Below are positions 49,701 to 57,885 of a stretch of 64,000 nt of DNA, in pieces. This DNA is from an uncultured Bacteroidales bacterium (GTDB lineage: Bacteria; Bacteroidota; Bacteroidia; Bacteroidales; PUMT01), in assembly GCA_964520585.1 (NCBI GenBank), contig CAZFOO010000003.1:21169-85168 (forward strand), given 5' to 3'. Under the pieces are notes generated by a model, which had not been told where the DNA came from, made no database searches, and was given only the letters and a program-made list of their open reading frames with translations. The stretch's first letter is position 1, and each line of letters begins with the position of its first letter. The position numbers and the translations under genes are program-made.

Positions 49701-51978
49701 CATCTGCTGAATTTACTATGGTTCCATCGCCGAAATCCCATATATAACTTTCCGCACCCGATGATGAATTATTGAATTCCACTTCAAAAGGGTTGCAGCC
49801 GGTGGCCATGTTAAAGGAAAAATCTGCATTAACCCGGCCATGGACCGTGATATCTTTCTGGCTCACTTCAATACATTCTCCGCCTGCAGAAAAGCTGGTA
49901 AGCTGCACGGTGTAAACAGTATCGTTCCCGGCTGGATTAAAAAATGTATGTTGCGGATCTTCCAGCGATGATGTTGCCCCGTCGCCGAAGTCCCACAAAT
50001 AATAGTCCGCATTATCTGAGGTATTTGAAAAATCTACCGTGAGAGGCTCGCATCCTTCATCTGTGCTTGTAGTGAATGCAGAAGTGAGTACCGGGTAAAC
50101 GGTAATAATCTTTTCAAAATAATTGTCGCATCCCCTGCTATTTGTAACCGTCAGTCTTATTGTACGGAAGAGCGGGTTATTGCCGGTATTGTTGTAAGTA
50201 TGAGTGATGCTGCCTCCTTCCTGATTATATACCGTGCCATCGCCCATATCCCAATGGTAGGTTTCTGCTCCGGTGGAGTTATCGTCGACAGTTACCTGGA
50301 ATGGATGACATCCCTCTGCCTGAGCCATTGTGAATCCGGCTTCGATGTGGGGGTAGACGGTAATATCCTGATAACCGGTCGTATCACGGCACAATTCTGA
50401 GGATATGGCTATCAGTCTTGCCTGATGAACCTGGTCCGTCGAACCGGTATTCTTTGCGTAGGTATGCACAGGATGTTCTTCCGTTGATGTACCGCCGTCA
50501 CCGAATTCCCATAAATAGTCTGCGGCACCCGAAGAACTATTGGTGAAACCAATGGTAAGCTGTGAACAGCCTTCATCGTTATTTGCAGTAAACCCTGCAT
50601 TTACCTCCGGATAAACGGTTACCTCCTTTTCAATTACATGATCACAACCATAGCTGTTTTCGGCAGTGAGCCTTATGGTGTAGATTTGTATAGTGCCGGA
50701 AGTATTTTCAAATGTACGGGTAAAGTTGGCATCATCTGTCGACGAATCCGGACTACCATCGCCGAACTCCCAAAGATGATTGTCCGCACCGGTGGAATTG
50801 TTGCTTATGGTTACCGTAAGAGGATGACATCCTTCAGCCACGTCAATCGAAAAATCAGCCTCAACATGGGGATGCACCGTTATGGGAGTGTATGCGGAGG
50901 TATCCCTGCACATATCGTCCGATATCGCTATTAATCTTGCCTGGTAGGTTTCATTGCTGTTACCCGTATTTTTATCATATACGTGCACCGGGTCTGTTTC
51001 CAGGGAAGTGCCGTTATCACCAAATTCCCAGAGGTATTCTGATGCTCCCGACGAATTGTTCTGAAACAGTACACTTAGCTGAGAACAGCCTGTTTGGGGG
51101 ACAGCAGCAAAATCTGCGCTCACCCGGGGAAAAACAACAATAGTCTTCTGTATCTCATCGAAACAACTCTCGTCATTTTCAACCCTCAGATTTATTGTAT
51201 AGGATTGTGTAATTCCCGTATTGTTAATAAATGTGTGAGAAAATGTGCCGCCATGATGATTATAAATAGTGCCATCATCCATATTCCAGATGTAGGTGTC
51301 AGCTCCGGCAGAAAGGTCTGTAAAGGTGACCTCAAGTTCATGACATCCGGTAACGGTATCGGCAGTGAATAGTGCTTCTATATGGGGGTTCACAGTAATG
51401 TCAAGCCGGGCAGTGTCCCTGCACATGTCAGGTGATGTTGCAACCAGACTTACCTCATAGGTCAGTTTATCAGGATCAAAAAAATTATGAAAGGTGTGCG
51501 AAGGATCCGATACCCAGTTGGAGCCTCCGTCACCAAAGTTCCATTCCCAGGTTCCGGAAAATCCCGTTGAATTATTGGTAAAATCAACATCCAGGGGATG
51601 ACACCCGCTGGTCTGATTGGCACTGAAGGCAGCATGGACTTCAGGATAGACTGTGATCCCCCTTAAATACTCATCCGAATCCCCCAACCCGTTATCGACA
51701 ATCAGCCTGATCTCGTATACTTCCGGCATGGTGCTGCTATTCACGAAAAGCCAGGTGAAATCTTCGGGAGTGGCTGTCTGCTGCTGCTGAACGTTATCAA
51801 CGTACCATGTATACAAATTTCCCCCTGACGAGCTGTTTTCAAAAGTCACCGTTTCAGGTGCACATACTTCCATGGGTCCGAGGAACAAAGCATAAGGTAT
51901 GGCCCGGGCCATTGCTGTACAAGGTAATAGCAGGAATAACACGCTGTACAGCATGGCCAAATACAGGTATTGTTTCAT
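46729..51978 (-). CDS. Giant (~1750 aa) PKD-repeat surface protein with a T9SS type B C-terminal domain; collinear paralogue of the downstream gene but lacking its N-terminal domain
   Basis: Signal peptide MKQYLYLAMLYSVLFLLLPCTAMA (ATG 51976-51978; the tracked ORF extends to 52023), then ~19 PKD units and the CTD. Confidence 0.9.
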   Translation of the reverse strand: MKQYLYLAMLYSVLFLLLPCTAMARAIPYALFLGPMEVCAPETVTFENSSSGGNLYTWYVDNVQQQQTATPEDFTWLFVNSSTMPEVYEIRLIVDNGLGDSDEYLRGITVYPEVHAAFSANQTSGCHPLDVDFTNNSTGFSGTWEWNFGDGGSNWVSDPSHTFHNFFDPDKLTYEVSLVATSPDMCRDTARLDITVNPHIEALFTADTVTGCHELEVTFTDLSAGADTYIWNMDDGTIYNHHGGTFSHTFINNTGITQSYTINLRVENDESCFDEIQKTIVVFPRVSADFAAVPQTGCSQLSVLFQNNSSGASEYLWEFGDNGTSLETDPVHVYDKNTGNSNETYQARLIAISDDMCRDTSAYTPITVHPHVEADFSIDVAEGCHPLTVTISNNSTGADNHLWEFGDGSPDSSTDDANFTRTFENTSGTIQIYTIRLTAENSYGCDHVIEKEVTVYPEVNAGFTANNDEGCSQLTIGFTNSSSGAADYLWEFGDGGTSTEEHPVHTYAKNTGSTDQVHQARLIAISSELCRDTTGYQDITVYPHIEAGFTMAQAEGCHPFQVTVDDNSTGAETYHWDMGDGTVYNQEGGSITHTYNNTGNNPLFRTIRLTVTNSRGCDNYFEKIITVYPVLTSAFTTSTDEGCEPLTVDFSNTSDNADYYLWDFGDGATSSLEDPQHTFFNPAGNDTVYTVQLTSFSAGGECIEVSQKDITVHGRVNADFSFNMATGCNPFEVEFNNSSSGAESYIWDFGDGTIVNSADAFPVSHTFDNISFSDILEYDVTMTAVNYAGCTDQSVLPVSVYPSIKAEFSASVNLGCHPLTVDFSNMSQGEHYYHWDFGNGKTSAQAGPTHTFTNTGTTDSIYTVTLVTTAENNVCSDSFSIDITVHPYLMADFDLPENIGCTPFEAVLENSSVNGAEYHWDFGDGNDSVTFNNNPFPYKFTNSGFSDISEYPVTMKAISNEGCESEMVKTVKVYPDINADFQVSDLQGCQPLTVDFTDVSSGAYHYEWDFGDGSSSAESSPSHTYTNTGSTDSIFRVMLRVTAANNVCSDSFYMDIRVHPMVKADFSFPEGIQCTPAEFTFNNSSTGGEIYRWNFGDGTDTITYNMNGFGRRFANASYTSKADFPVTLEAENYAGCTHQIQRTVSLHADVRAAVTPSVNEGCNPLPVDFDNISQGGYTYRWDFGDGAFTDKENPSHIFTNFSGNRIEQEVTLTATSQSFCTADTTFTISVYPLPVPVIDIEKSVDCPPFDLLIDNLTLGAENYTWLFGDGSSTTTGDRGLLTHTYNNSGDDIAGYDLKLIAKTDYGCVDSAQQKIFVYPGVITGFSSVTEGCSPLTARFTDESVRAVTHEWHLGDGSFSRVKDPVHQYLNNSVNDTSFYVQQTGISEYGCRDSMGYHIDVYPQPVSRFTALPTHQTWPSATIEIENMTNPGNWDFEWNFDDGTTSVEKDPGAHEYGDWGEYEIGLYVSSTNCSHSISRRIRILPPPPVAEFEHPGPGCAPHGVQFRNNSVYGSSYFWEFGDGNTSADPEPYHIFEEPGLYSVKLTVTGAGGAEFAYREVEVYRLPEVSFMVSPELVMLPGQKVQLFNESKFGSSYLWDFGDGIQSGLESPIHQYTETGDYDIRLSVWTDDGCYGEMTKHNAVTVTGEGIIAFPNAFRPDIYGPSGGSYNRNALNPNTVFYPLHAGIEEYRLEIYNRWGELLFVSEDIEIGWDGYYQGKISKQDVYVWKAWGNYINGEEFIKAGDVTLLR
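46732..47043 (-). other. T9SS type B sorting domain
   Basis: Last 104 aa: AFPNAFRPD...YRLEIYNRWGELLFVS...GWDGYYQ...DVYVWKAW...GDVTLLR. Confidence 0.85.
47044..51885 (-). repeat. PKD-domain coding repeat array (~19 units; boundaries approximate)
   Basis: W-[DEN]-[FM]-G-D-G motifs recur through the protein. Includes a 3 x 519-bp two-PKD super-repeat. Confidence 0.85.
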
Positions 51979-52242
51979 GCAAAACGTTAACCGGAATTTT
52001 GATACTGACTTATAGGAACCCAATTTCTCCTGATGAAAATTATTTCATGGTTTATGGAGGTTTACGAAACTCATCATTGAAATGTTATAAAACCACATGC
52101 TTTTCGAGGCTTTTCATCAATAATTACCTGCATAATGTAACATGGACAGGGCATAGGCGTATAAATCATTAAACTGCTTATCAACCATCATAAATGGCAG
52201 TCCCTGATACATCCGACAGTCTCTCGATATAAATGAATAGCA

Positions 52243-55200
52243 ATGCGGACCTTCACTTTCAGTGCATTATTTTTAGTTATTATTTCCGTCTATCTCAAAG
52301 CACAGGATGAAGAGATCCTTTTTTATGAAGGGTTCGAATCAGGTGGCAGGCCCTCAGGATGGACCGAAGAGATAGTTCAGGAAACTGCGGAATATTGGAG
52401 ATACCGTAATGGAGGCCATAATCCCAACGATCCGAACAACACCACTCCTCCCGGCGATATAGACAATGGAAGGAATCCCGACAGGGCATACAGCGGATCC
52501 TACAATGCCTATTTTCAAAAAGAGAGTACCAACTATGAAACTACAAAACTGGTTACTGTTCCCATAGATCTGGAATATGCCATAAAACCTGAACTCCGGT
52601 TCTGGCACGCACAGGTACCGTGGACCTGGGGAGGACAGGAAAATTATGATATTCTGAGGGTTTATTACCGGACAAGCGAAGAGTCGCCGTGGGTGCTGCT
52701 TAATGAATATCTTGATCCTGTCGGGGACTGGACTCAGCAAGTGATACCGTTACCCGATCATTCTGAAACATATTATCTGGCATTTGAAGCAACTACCAGG
52801 TGGGGGCATGGAGTGGTAGTTGATGAGATAGAGATTGTTGAAACCGGCATCGTTCAAAGATATGTTCGCTCTCTTGATATATCGTCGGCCAGCGATGATT
52901 TTGTGGTTGCCGGCACAGAGAATAATGAATTGCTGAAAATGCACCTTAAGGTTTTTGGCAATACCGGTGATCTGACATTGAATTCTTTAAGCTTATCTTC
53001 GGTTAATACTTCAGATGATGACATTGCTGCCGGCGGGGTTAAGCTTTACCGGACCAGTTCAGCAACATTTTCTGTTGGTGAGCCAATAGGCGAAGCTACC
53101 GGGTTTTCCGGAGGTACCGCCGTTTTTGAAAATATCGGCTGCATTCTTCCCACCGGTGATACTTATTTATGGGTAAGTTATGATCTGGCTGCAGATGCCT
53201 CACCAGGAAATGTCATTGACGGCATGTTTGAGACCGGGTCAATATCAATAGGCGATACTCTTTTGCCTGAATCTGTTGCTTCTCCTTCCGGCTCCAGGAC
53301 AATTCTCGAGACTGTTTATTATGATAATTTTGATGAGGAGAGGGGATGGTCACTTAAAGATGAATTTGAAATAGCAGTGCCTCAAGGTGGAGGTGAAAAC
53401 CCAGGCAACCCCAATCCTGCTTTTCCTTATAGCGGGTCAAGGGTGCTGGGGACCGACCTTAGCGGGCAGGGAGATAATCCCTATAAGTATGAACCGGGTC
53501 TTAACGACACCTCGATGCACTATCACGCAGTGTCTCCTTTGCTTGACCTGTTCTTTTATAAAGATCTTACCTTGCATTTCCGGCAGTGGCTTAACATTGA
53601 GACATGGGACGGCGCCTATATTGAAGTAAGCAGTGATGGTGGAAACACCTGGCAGCAGTTATGGAGAAACAGCAATTTTGTACTTGACAACAGCTGGATA
53701 CAGAAAAGTTATGATATTTCGGGTATGGCGGACCGCCAGGCAGGGGTATTTATAAGATTCGGGCTTGGGGATACTGATAATTTTAATAACTATTCAGGCT
53801 GGAACATTGATAATTTTGTTATTTCCGGTGAATATATTACCCGTGATATGGCGGTTACTGCCTGGCTGGGGCCGTTTGAGGATTGTGGAATGAGCAGTCA
53901 GGAAGCTGTGACAGTCCGGGTTGATAACCTTGCTGCCATACCGGCTGAAGAACCGATACCGGTTGCATATTCAATTGATGGAGGTGTGACATGGATTGAA
54001 GAGGTTATTACAAGTTCCATCCCTGTAGGCGGCGGCATTGATTATGTTTTCAGCACTACGGCAGATTTTTCGGAGTCCGGGCTTTTTCAGGTGATGGCAA
54101 AGACAATGTATGCCGGCGATCAGGAGCCGGATAATGATCTGACCACAGATGAGATTCTTTCGGTACCTGTTTATATGCTGCCTTTTGAGGAAGGATTCGA
54201 AGGAGAGCCGGCCATGTTCTGGAGGGAAGGAGGAACAAATTCTTCCTGGTCGCATGGAGAACCTGCCGGATCGGTAATTGACAATGCCATTGAAGGGAGG
54301 AGTGCCTGGGCTACCAACCTTACCGGGGAGTATAATCCGGAAGAGAGTTCGTGGGTCGAAGGTCCCTGTTTCGACCTGAGCGGCAACCTGAATCCGGTGT
54401 TTGATATGAGTGCATGGTGGCATACCTCCGATCCCGCTGATCATGCGGCAGTGATGGTTTCCATCGATGGCAGGAATAGCTGGCAGCTCCTCGGAACGGA
54501 AGGTGACGGTGATGAATACTCCTGGAACTGGTATAATTCGCCACAGGGGTGGTCGGGCGAAAGCAACGGCTGGAAGACTGTCCGCAGCCATATGCATGTA
54601 CTTGCCGGAGAGGATGATGTCTGCTTCAGGGTCGTGTTTAACTCGGCCGCCGGAGAAAAGGTTCACGAAGGTTTTGCTTTTGATGAGATAAAGATATACA
54701 ACGTACCTCCTGATGTTGGTGTTACCGCCATCCATCACCTGGAAGACGGTTGTGCATACACCCTGCCTGTTGAAATAGAGATTGTAGTGATGAATCACGG
54801 ACTGGAAAGTTTGGTAGCAGGGACCGGGATCCCGGTGGGCTTTGATATAAATGGTGAAAACAAGTTCGTTGAAACGTTCTTTCTGCAGGAAGACCTTGAA
54901 GCAGGAGCTACCGTTAACTATACGTTTGAGAGCCCTGTCGATCTGTCCGAAGAAGGCGGGTTTGAACTGGCAGCTTACACCATGCTGGAAGAGGATGTAG
55001 ATTTTTACAATGAGGGTACCACCAACGACACCACTATACTTGATTTGATACTTACTCCCATTCCGGTTGTTGATCTGGGAAAGGATATATATACCGTATT
55101 GCCAGATACAGTGGTACTTGACGCATATGCAGGTATAGACGGTTATGATTTCCTCTGGCACGATGGCAGTACCGGCGCGGAGTTCGCAGTGCAGGGTGAA

Positions 55201-57753
55201 GGGGAATTCTCTGTCACTGTTACGGATGCCATAGGTTGTTATGCAATTAGCTCTGTAGAGGTTGTCCGCCTTATTGCCGATATTGGTGTTTCAGAACTTG
55301 TTGCCCCCGTGTCCGACTGCGGACAAAGTGAAGAAGAGCCCGTCACGGTGAAGATTCAGAATTTCGGAACTGATACTCTGATTGCCGGCGATCAGTTCAC
55401 TGTTCATCTGACAATTGATCACGGCGATCCGGTTATCGAAACAGTGGTCCTCGCCGACACCCTGTATCCCGGCAGCATTATGGAGTATACATTCAACGAG
55501 GTATTTGATTTCTCTGTTACCGGCACCTATGGGCTGGAAGTTTTTACCAGTCTCGATAATGATAACGACAATACCAATGATCTGCTTATCGCGGAATTTC
55601 AAGTATTTGGTTTTCCAGAGGTAAATCTGGGAGAAGATGTGGTGCTCAATCAGTGGGAATATACAGTTGATGCCGGTGTGGGTTTTGCTTCCTATTTGTG
55701 GCATGACGGGGGCGACGGACAAACATTTACCGTCAACGAGCCGGGAACAAGCAATGTGTCTGTAAGTGTTACCGATGAGAATGATTGCCCGGCCCAGGAT
55801 GAAGTAACGGTTACTCTTAATATTATCGATATTGCAGCTGATTCTATCCTGTCGCCGGTTTCCTCATGCGGAGCACCTGATGAGGTGAATGTTTCTGCAA
55901 GGTTCAGGAATACAGGAAACATATCCCTTGAAGCGGATAATACTGTATATTTTGGTTATAAAGTAAACGGCGGTACGGTGATAACTGAAGAATTTATTAT
56001 TGATTATCCGCTGGAGCCCGGAGAAACATTTACCTGCAATTTCAGTCAGGCCGTTAAGGTTGAAGAGGGTAACTGGTATAACTTCAAAGTTTTTTCAGCA
56101 CTTACCGGCGATATGGACCAGGGCAATGATACGCTAAGCTCAGATGTTGGCGTTTTTGTGCCCCCGGTTCTTGATCTTGGCCCCGACATCACTGTCCAGG
56201 TCCCCGAACACACAGTCGATGCGGGCGAAGGATTTAAGACCTACCTTTGGCACGATGGAAGTGACAGTCAGACTTATACTGCCGATCAGATGGGGATAAA
56301 TGATCTCTCCCTCACCGTAACCGATAATAATGATTGTCCCGCCACCGATACCAAAAGGGTGATGATACTGCTCTCCGATATCGGCGTATCCGATATCCAG
56401 ATAGCCGGCTCCGGATGCCAGGGAGAAGAAGGTCTCCTGACGGCCGAAATTACCAACTTCGGCAATACCAATATTTCTTCCACGGCAAATATACAGGTGG
56501 CATACAGCATTAACGGTGGCAGTCCGGTCACCGAATCCCTTAACCTGGGTTCAACACTGGGGGCGGGGACCAGCGTTTATCATGAATTTGATATGCCCGC
56601 AACTTTCACCCTTAGCGGGGAAAACAGCATATCAGCGTGGACCGGATATTCATCTGATCCTATGAATGAAAATGATACCTCCTCGTTAGAAATAGTGATT
56701 CATGAACCTCCATCGGTCGATATAGGAGACGGATCGGATGAACTCTATACCACCACACCCATAACGCTTGATGCAGGTGAAGGTTTTATCTCCTATTTCT
56801 GGCAGGATGGTTCCACCGGTCAAATCTTACAGATCGACAGTCCGGTATCAGATTACTTTCATGTTACGGTAACAGATGCCAATAGCTGCATGGCGTCAGA
56901 TACGGTTTATGTAAACTATCCTGAGACAGACCTTTCAATGATGGAGCTTTTGGTTCCAGAGCCGGATTGTGAGCTTTCCAGTGAAGAGAAGATAGGGATC
57001 AAATTCAAAAACATTGGCGAATTGGCCGTTAAGAAAGGCGAAGAAATAAAATTGTATTACCGGGTTGACCAGGGCAGTCAAATTGAGGAGATTGTTATCC
57101 TGGACAATGAAATGGTTCCGGGAGAGATTCTTGATCATACCTTTAGTGTAACTGCCGACCTTTCCATATCCGGGAGTTATAGCATTATCGCCTGGCTGGA
57201 TTATCACAATGACGGAAACTCCTCCAACAACAGCCGGTCGGCCGATATTGAAGTTTACGGATTTCCTGAAATTGCCCTTGCAGAAGGCGCCGACACCCTG
57301 TTCGCCTCTCTCCCCGTAACTCTAAGTCCCGGATCTGGCTACGCAACCTACCTCTGGCAGGACAACTCTACCGGTGAAAATTTTGAAGCTGCAGAATTCG
57401 GACAGTACTGGGTTACGGTAACAGACATTAAGGGTTGTGCTGGAAGTGACACTGTATATGTAGAATCGCCCCTTAGTAGTTCATATTTGCCGGCTGCAGA
57501 TGATTCTAACATAATTGTATATCCAAATCCGGTATCTGACCGGCTTTTTATCACTATCGATCGGGGGCTGGTGCATGACCCCGTTAGTATTGAACTTGTA
57601 ACTATCGGGGGAACTGTTGCATTTAAAAAAGAGATCAGTCACGTTTCACGCCTTGAAGAAGAGATAGAGGTTAACCTGCTTCCAAAAGGAATGTATGTTT
57701 TACGCATCACCACGGGTAACCTTAGCAGTATCCGCACTGTCCTCGTATACTGA
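52243..57753 (+). CDS. Giant (1836 aa) multidomain surface protein with a T9SS type A C-terminal domain
   Basis: Signal peptide, then three jelly-roll modules (MAM / choice-of-anchor-J-like: FYEGFESG..GW, GWNIDNF, FAFDEIKIYN), CARDB-like Ig modules and five Cys-containing mini-domains. Transcribed divergently from the PKD pair. Confidence 0.9.
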   Translation: MRTFTFSALFLVIISVYLKAQDEEILFYEGFESGGRPSGWTEEIVQETAEYWRYRNGGHNPNDPNNTTPPGDIDNGRNPDRAYSGSYNAYFQKESTNYETTKLVTVPIDLEYAIKPELRFWHAQVPWTWGGQENYDILRVYYRTSEESPWVLLNEYLDPVGDWTQQVIPLPDHSETYYLAFEATTRWGHGVVVDEIEIVETGIVQRYVRSLDISSASDDFVVAGTENNELLKMHLKVFGNTGDLTLNSLSLSSVNTSDDDIAAGGVKLYRTSSATFSVGEPIGEATGFSGGTAVFENIGCILPTGDTYLWVSYDLAADASPGNVIDGMFETGSISIGDTLLPESVASPSGSRTILETVYYDNFDEERGWSLKDEFEIAVPQGGGENPGNPNPAFPYSGSRVLGTDLSGQGDNPYKYEPGLNDTSMHYHAVSPLLDLFFYKDLTLHFRQWLNIETWDGAYIEVSSDGGNTWQQLWRNSNFVLDNSWIQKSYDISGMADRQAGVFIRFGLGDTDNFNNYSGWNIDNFVISGEYITRDMAVTAWLGPFEDCGMSSQEAVTVRVDNLAAIPAEEPIPVAYSIDGGVTWIEEVITSSIPVGGGIDYVFSTTADFSESGLFQVMAKTMYAGDQEPDNDLTTDEILSVPVYMLPFEEGFEGEPAMFWREGGTNSSWSHGEPAGSVIDNAIEGRSAWATNLTGEYNPEESSWVEGPCFDLSGNLNPVFDMSAWWHTSDPADHAAVMVSIDGRNSWQLLGTEGDGDEYSWNWYNSPQGWSGESNGWKTVRSHMHVLAGEDDVCFRVVFNSAAGEKVHEGFAFDEIKIYNVPPDVGVTAIHHLEDGCAYTLPVEIEIVVMNHGLESLVAGTGIPVGFDINGENKFVETFFLQEDLEAGATVNYTFESPVDLSEEGGFELAAYTMLEEDVDFYNEGTTNDTTILDLILTPIPVVDLGKDIYTVLPDTVVLDAYAGIDGYDFLWHDGSTGAEFAVQGEGEFSVTVTDAIGCYAISSVEVVRLIADIGVSELVAPVSDCGQSEEEPVTVKIQNFGTDTLIAGDQFTVHLTIDHGDPVIETVVLADTLYPGSIMEYTFNEVFDFSVTGTYGLEVFTSLDNDNDNTNDLLIAEFQVFGFPEVNLGEDVVLNQWEYTVDAGVGFASYLWHDGGDGQTFTVNEPGTSNVSVSVTDENDCPAQDEVTVTLNIIDIAADSILSPVSSCGAPDEVNVSARFRNTGNISLEADNTVYFGYKVNGGTVITEEFIIDYPLEPGETFTCNFSQAVKVEEGNWYNFKVFSALTGDMDQGNDTLSSDVGVFVPPVLDLGPDITVQVPEHTVDAGEGFKTYLWHDGSDSQTYTADQMGINDLSLTVTDNNDCPATDTKRVMILLSDIGVSDIQIAGSGCQGEEGLLTAEITNFGNTNISSTANIQVAYSINGGSPVTESLNLGSTLGAGTSVYHEFDMPATFTLSGENSISAWTGYSSDPMNENDTSSLEIVIHEPPSVDIGDGSDELYTTTPITLDAGEGFISYFWQDGSTGQILQIDSPVSDYFHVTVTDANSCMASDTVYVNYPETDLSMMELLVPEPDCELSSEEKIGIKFKNIGELAVKKGEEIKLYYRVDQGSQIEEIVILDNEMVPGEILDHTFSVTADLSISGSYSIIAWLDYHNDGNSSNNSRSADIEVYGFPEIALAEGADTLFASLPVTLSPGSGYATYLWQDNSTGENFEAAEFGQYWVTVTDIKGCAGSDTVYVESPLSSSYLPAADDSNIIVYPNPVSDRLFITIDRGLVHDPVSIELVTIGGTVAFKKEISHVSRLEEEIEVNLLPKGMYVLRITTGNLSSIRTVLVY
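55063..57470 (+). repeat. Coding super-repeat of ~550 bp (mini-domain plus CARDB-like module); five mini-domain copies
   Basis: The P-x-[VL]-[DN]-[LI]-G motif starts at 55063, 55615, 56164, 56710 and 57265 (spacings 552/549/546/555 bp). Each is followed by ...DAG.GF.SYLW.DGS..Q......G.....V.VTD.N.C...D.V.V. Confidence 0.85.
57511..57750 (+). other. T9SS type A (Por) C-terminal sorting domain
   Basis: Last 80 aa: IIVYPNPVSDRLFI...ELVTIGGTVAFKKEI...LPKGMYVLRITTGN..SIRTVLVY. Confidence 0.85.
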
Positions 57754-57885
57754 GAGTGACGGATATTCCTGAAAGCCCGGAGTGACGGTGAATACAGCCT
57801 CAAGCCGGGACAGACTTCTTCTGAGGCATGGATAGACTTCAAACTCAAAGGCTTGCCGCACCGGCGCATTAATTTGCTGCCACAG

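Noticed and set aside
40721-51885. Regularly spaced repeats that could be mistaken for a CRISPR-like or satellite array
   Set aside because: The periodicity (about 260 bp, and 519 bp for the super-repeat) lies inside two long uninterrupted ORFs. It corresponds to diverged PKD protein domains. There are no short identical repeats with unique spacers.
52024-52242. Invertible-promoter (phase-variation) element between the divergent giant genes
   Set aside because: Only a short 6-bp-arm palindrome (ATGAAA-ATTA-TTTCAT, 52032-52047) is present. There are no flanking long inverted repeats, and no recombinase gene is in the window.
53971-55161. 396-aa ORF on the minus strand
   Set aside because: It lies entirely antisense to the 1836-aa T9SS cargo gene. 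Its composition is low-complexity and Arg/Pro/Gly/Cys-rich, typical of the reverse frame of GC-richer coding DNA, and no recognisable motif is present.
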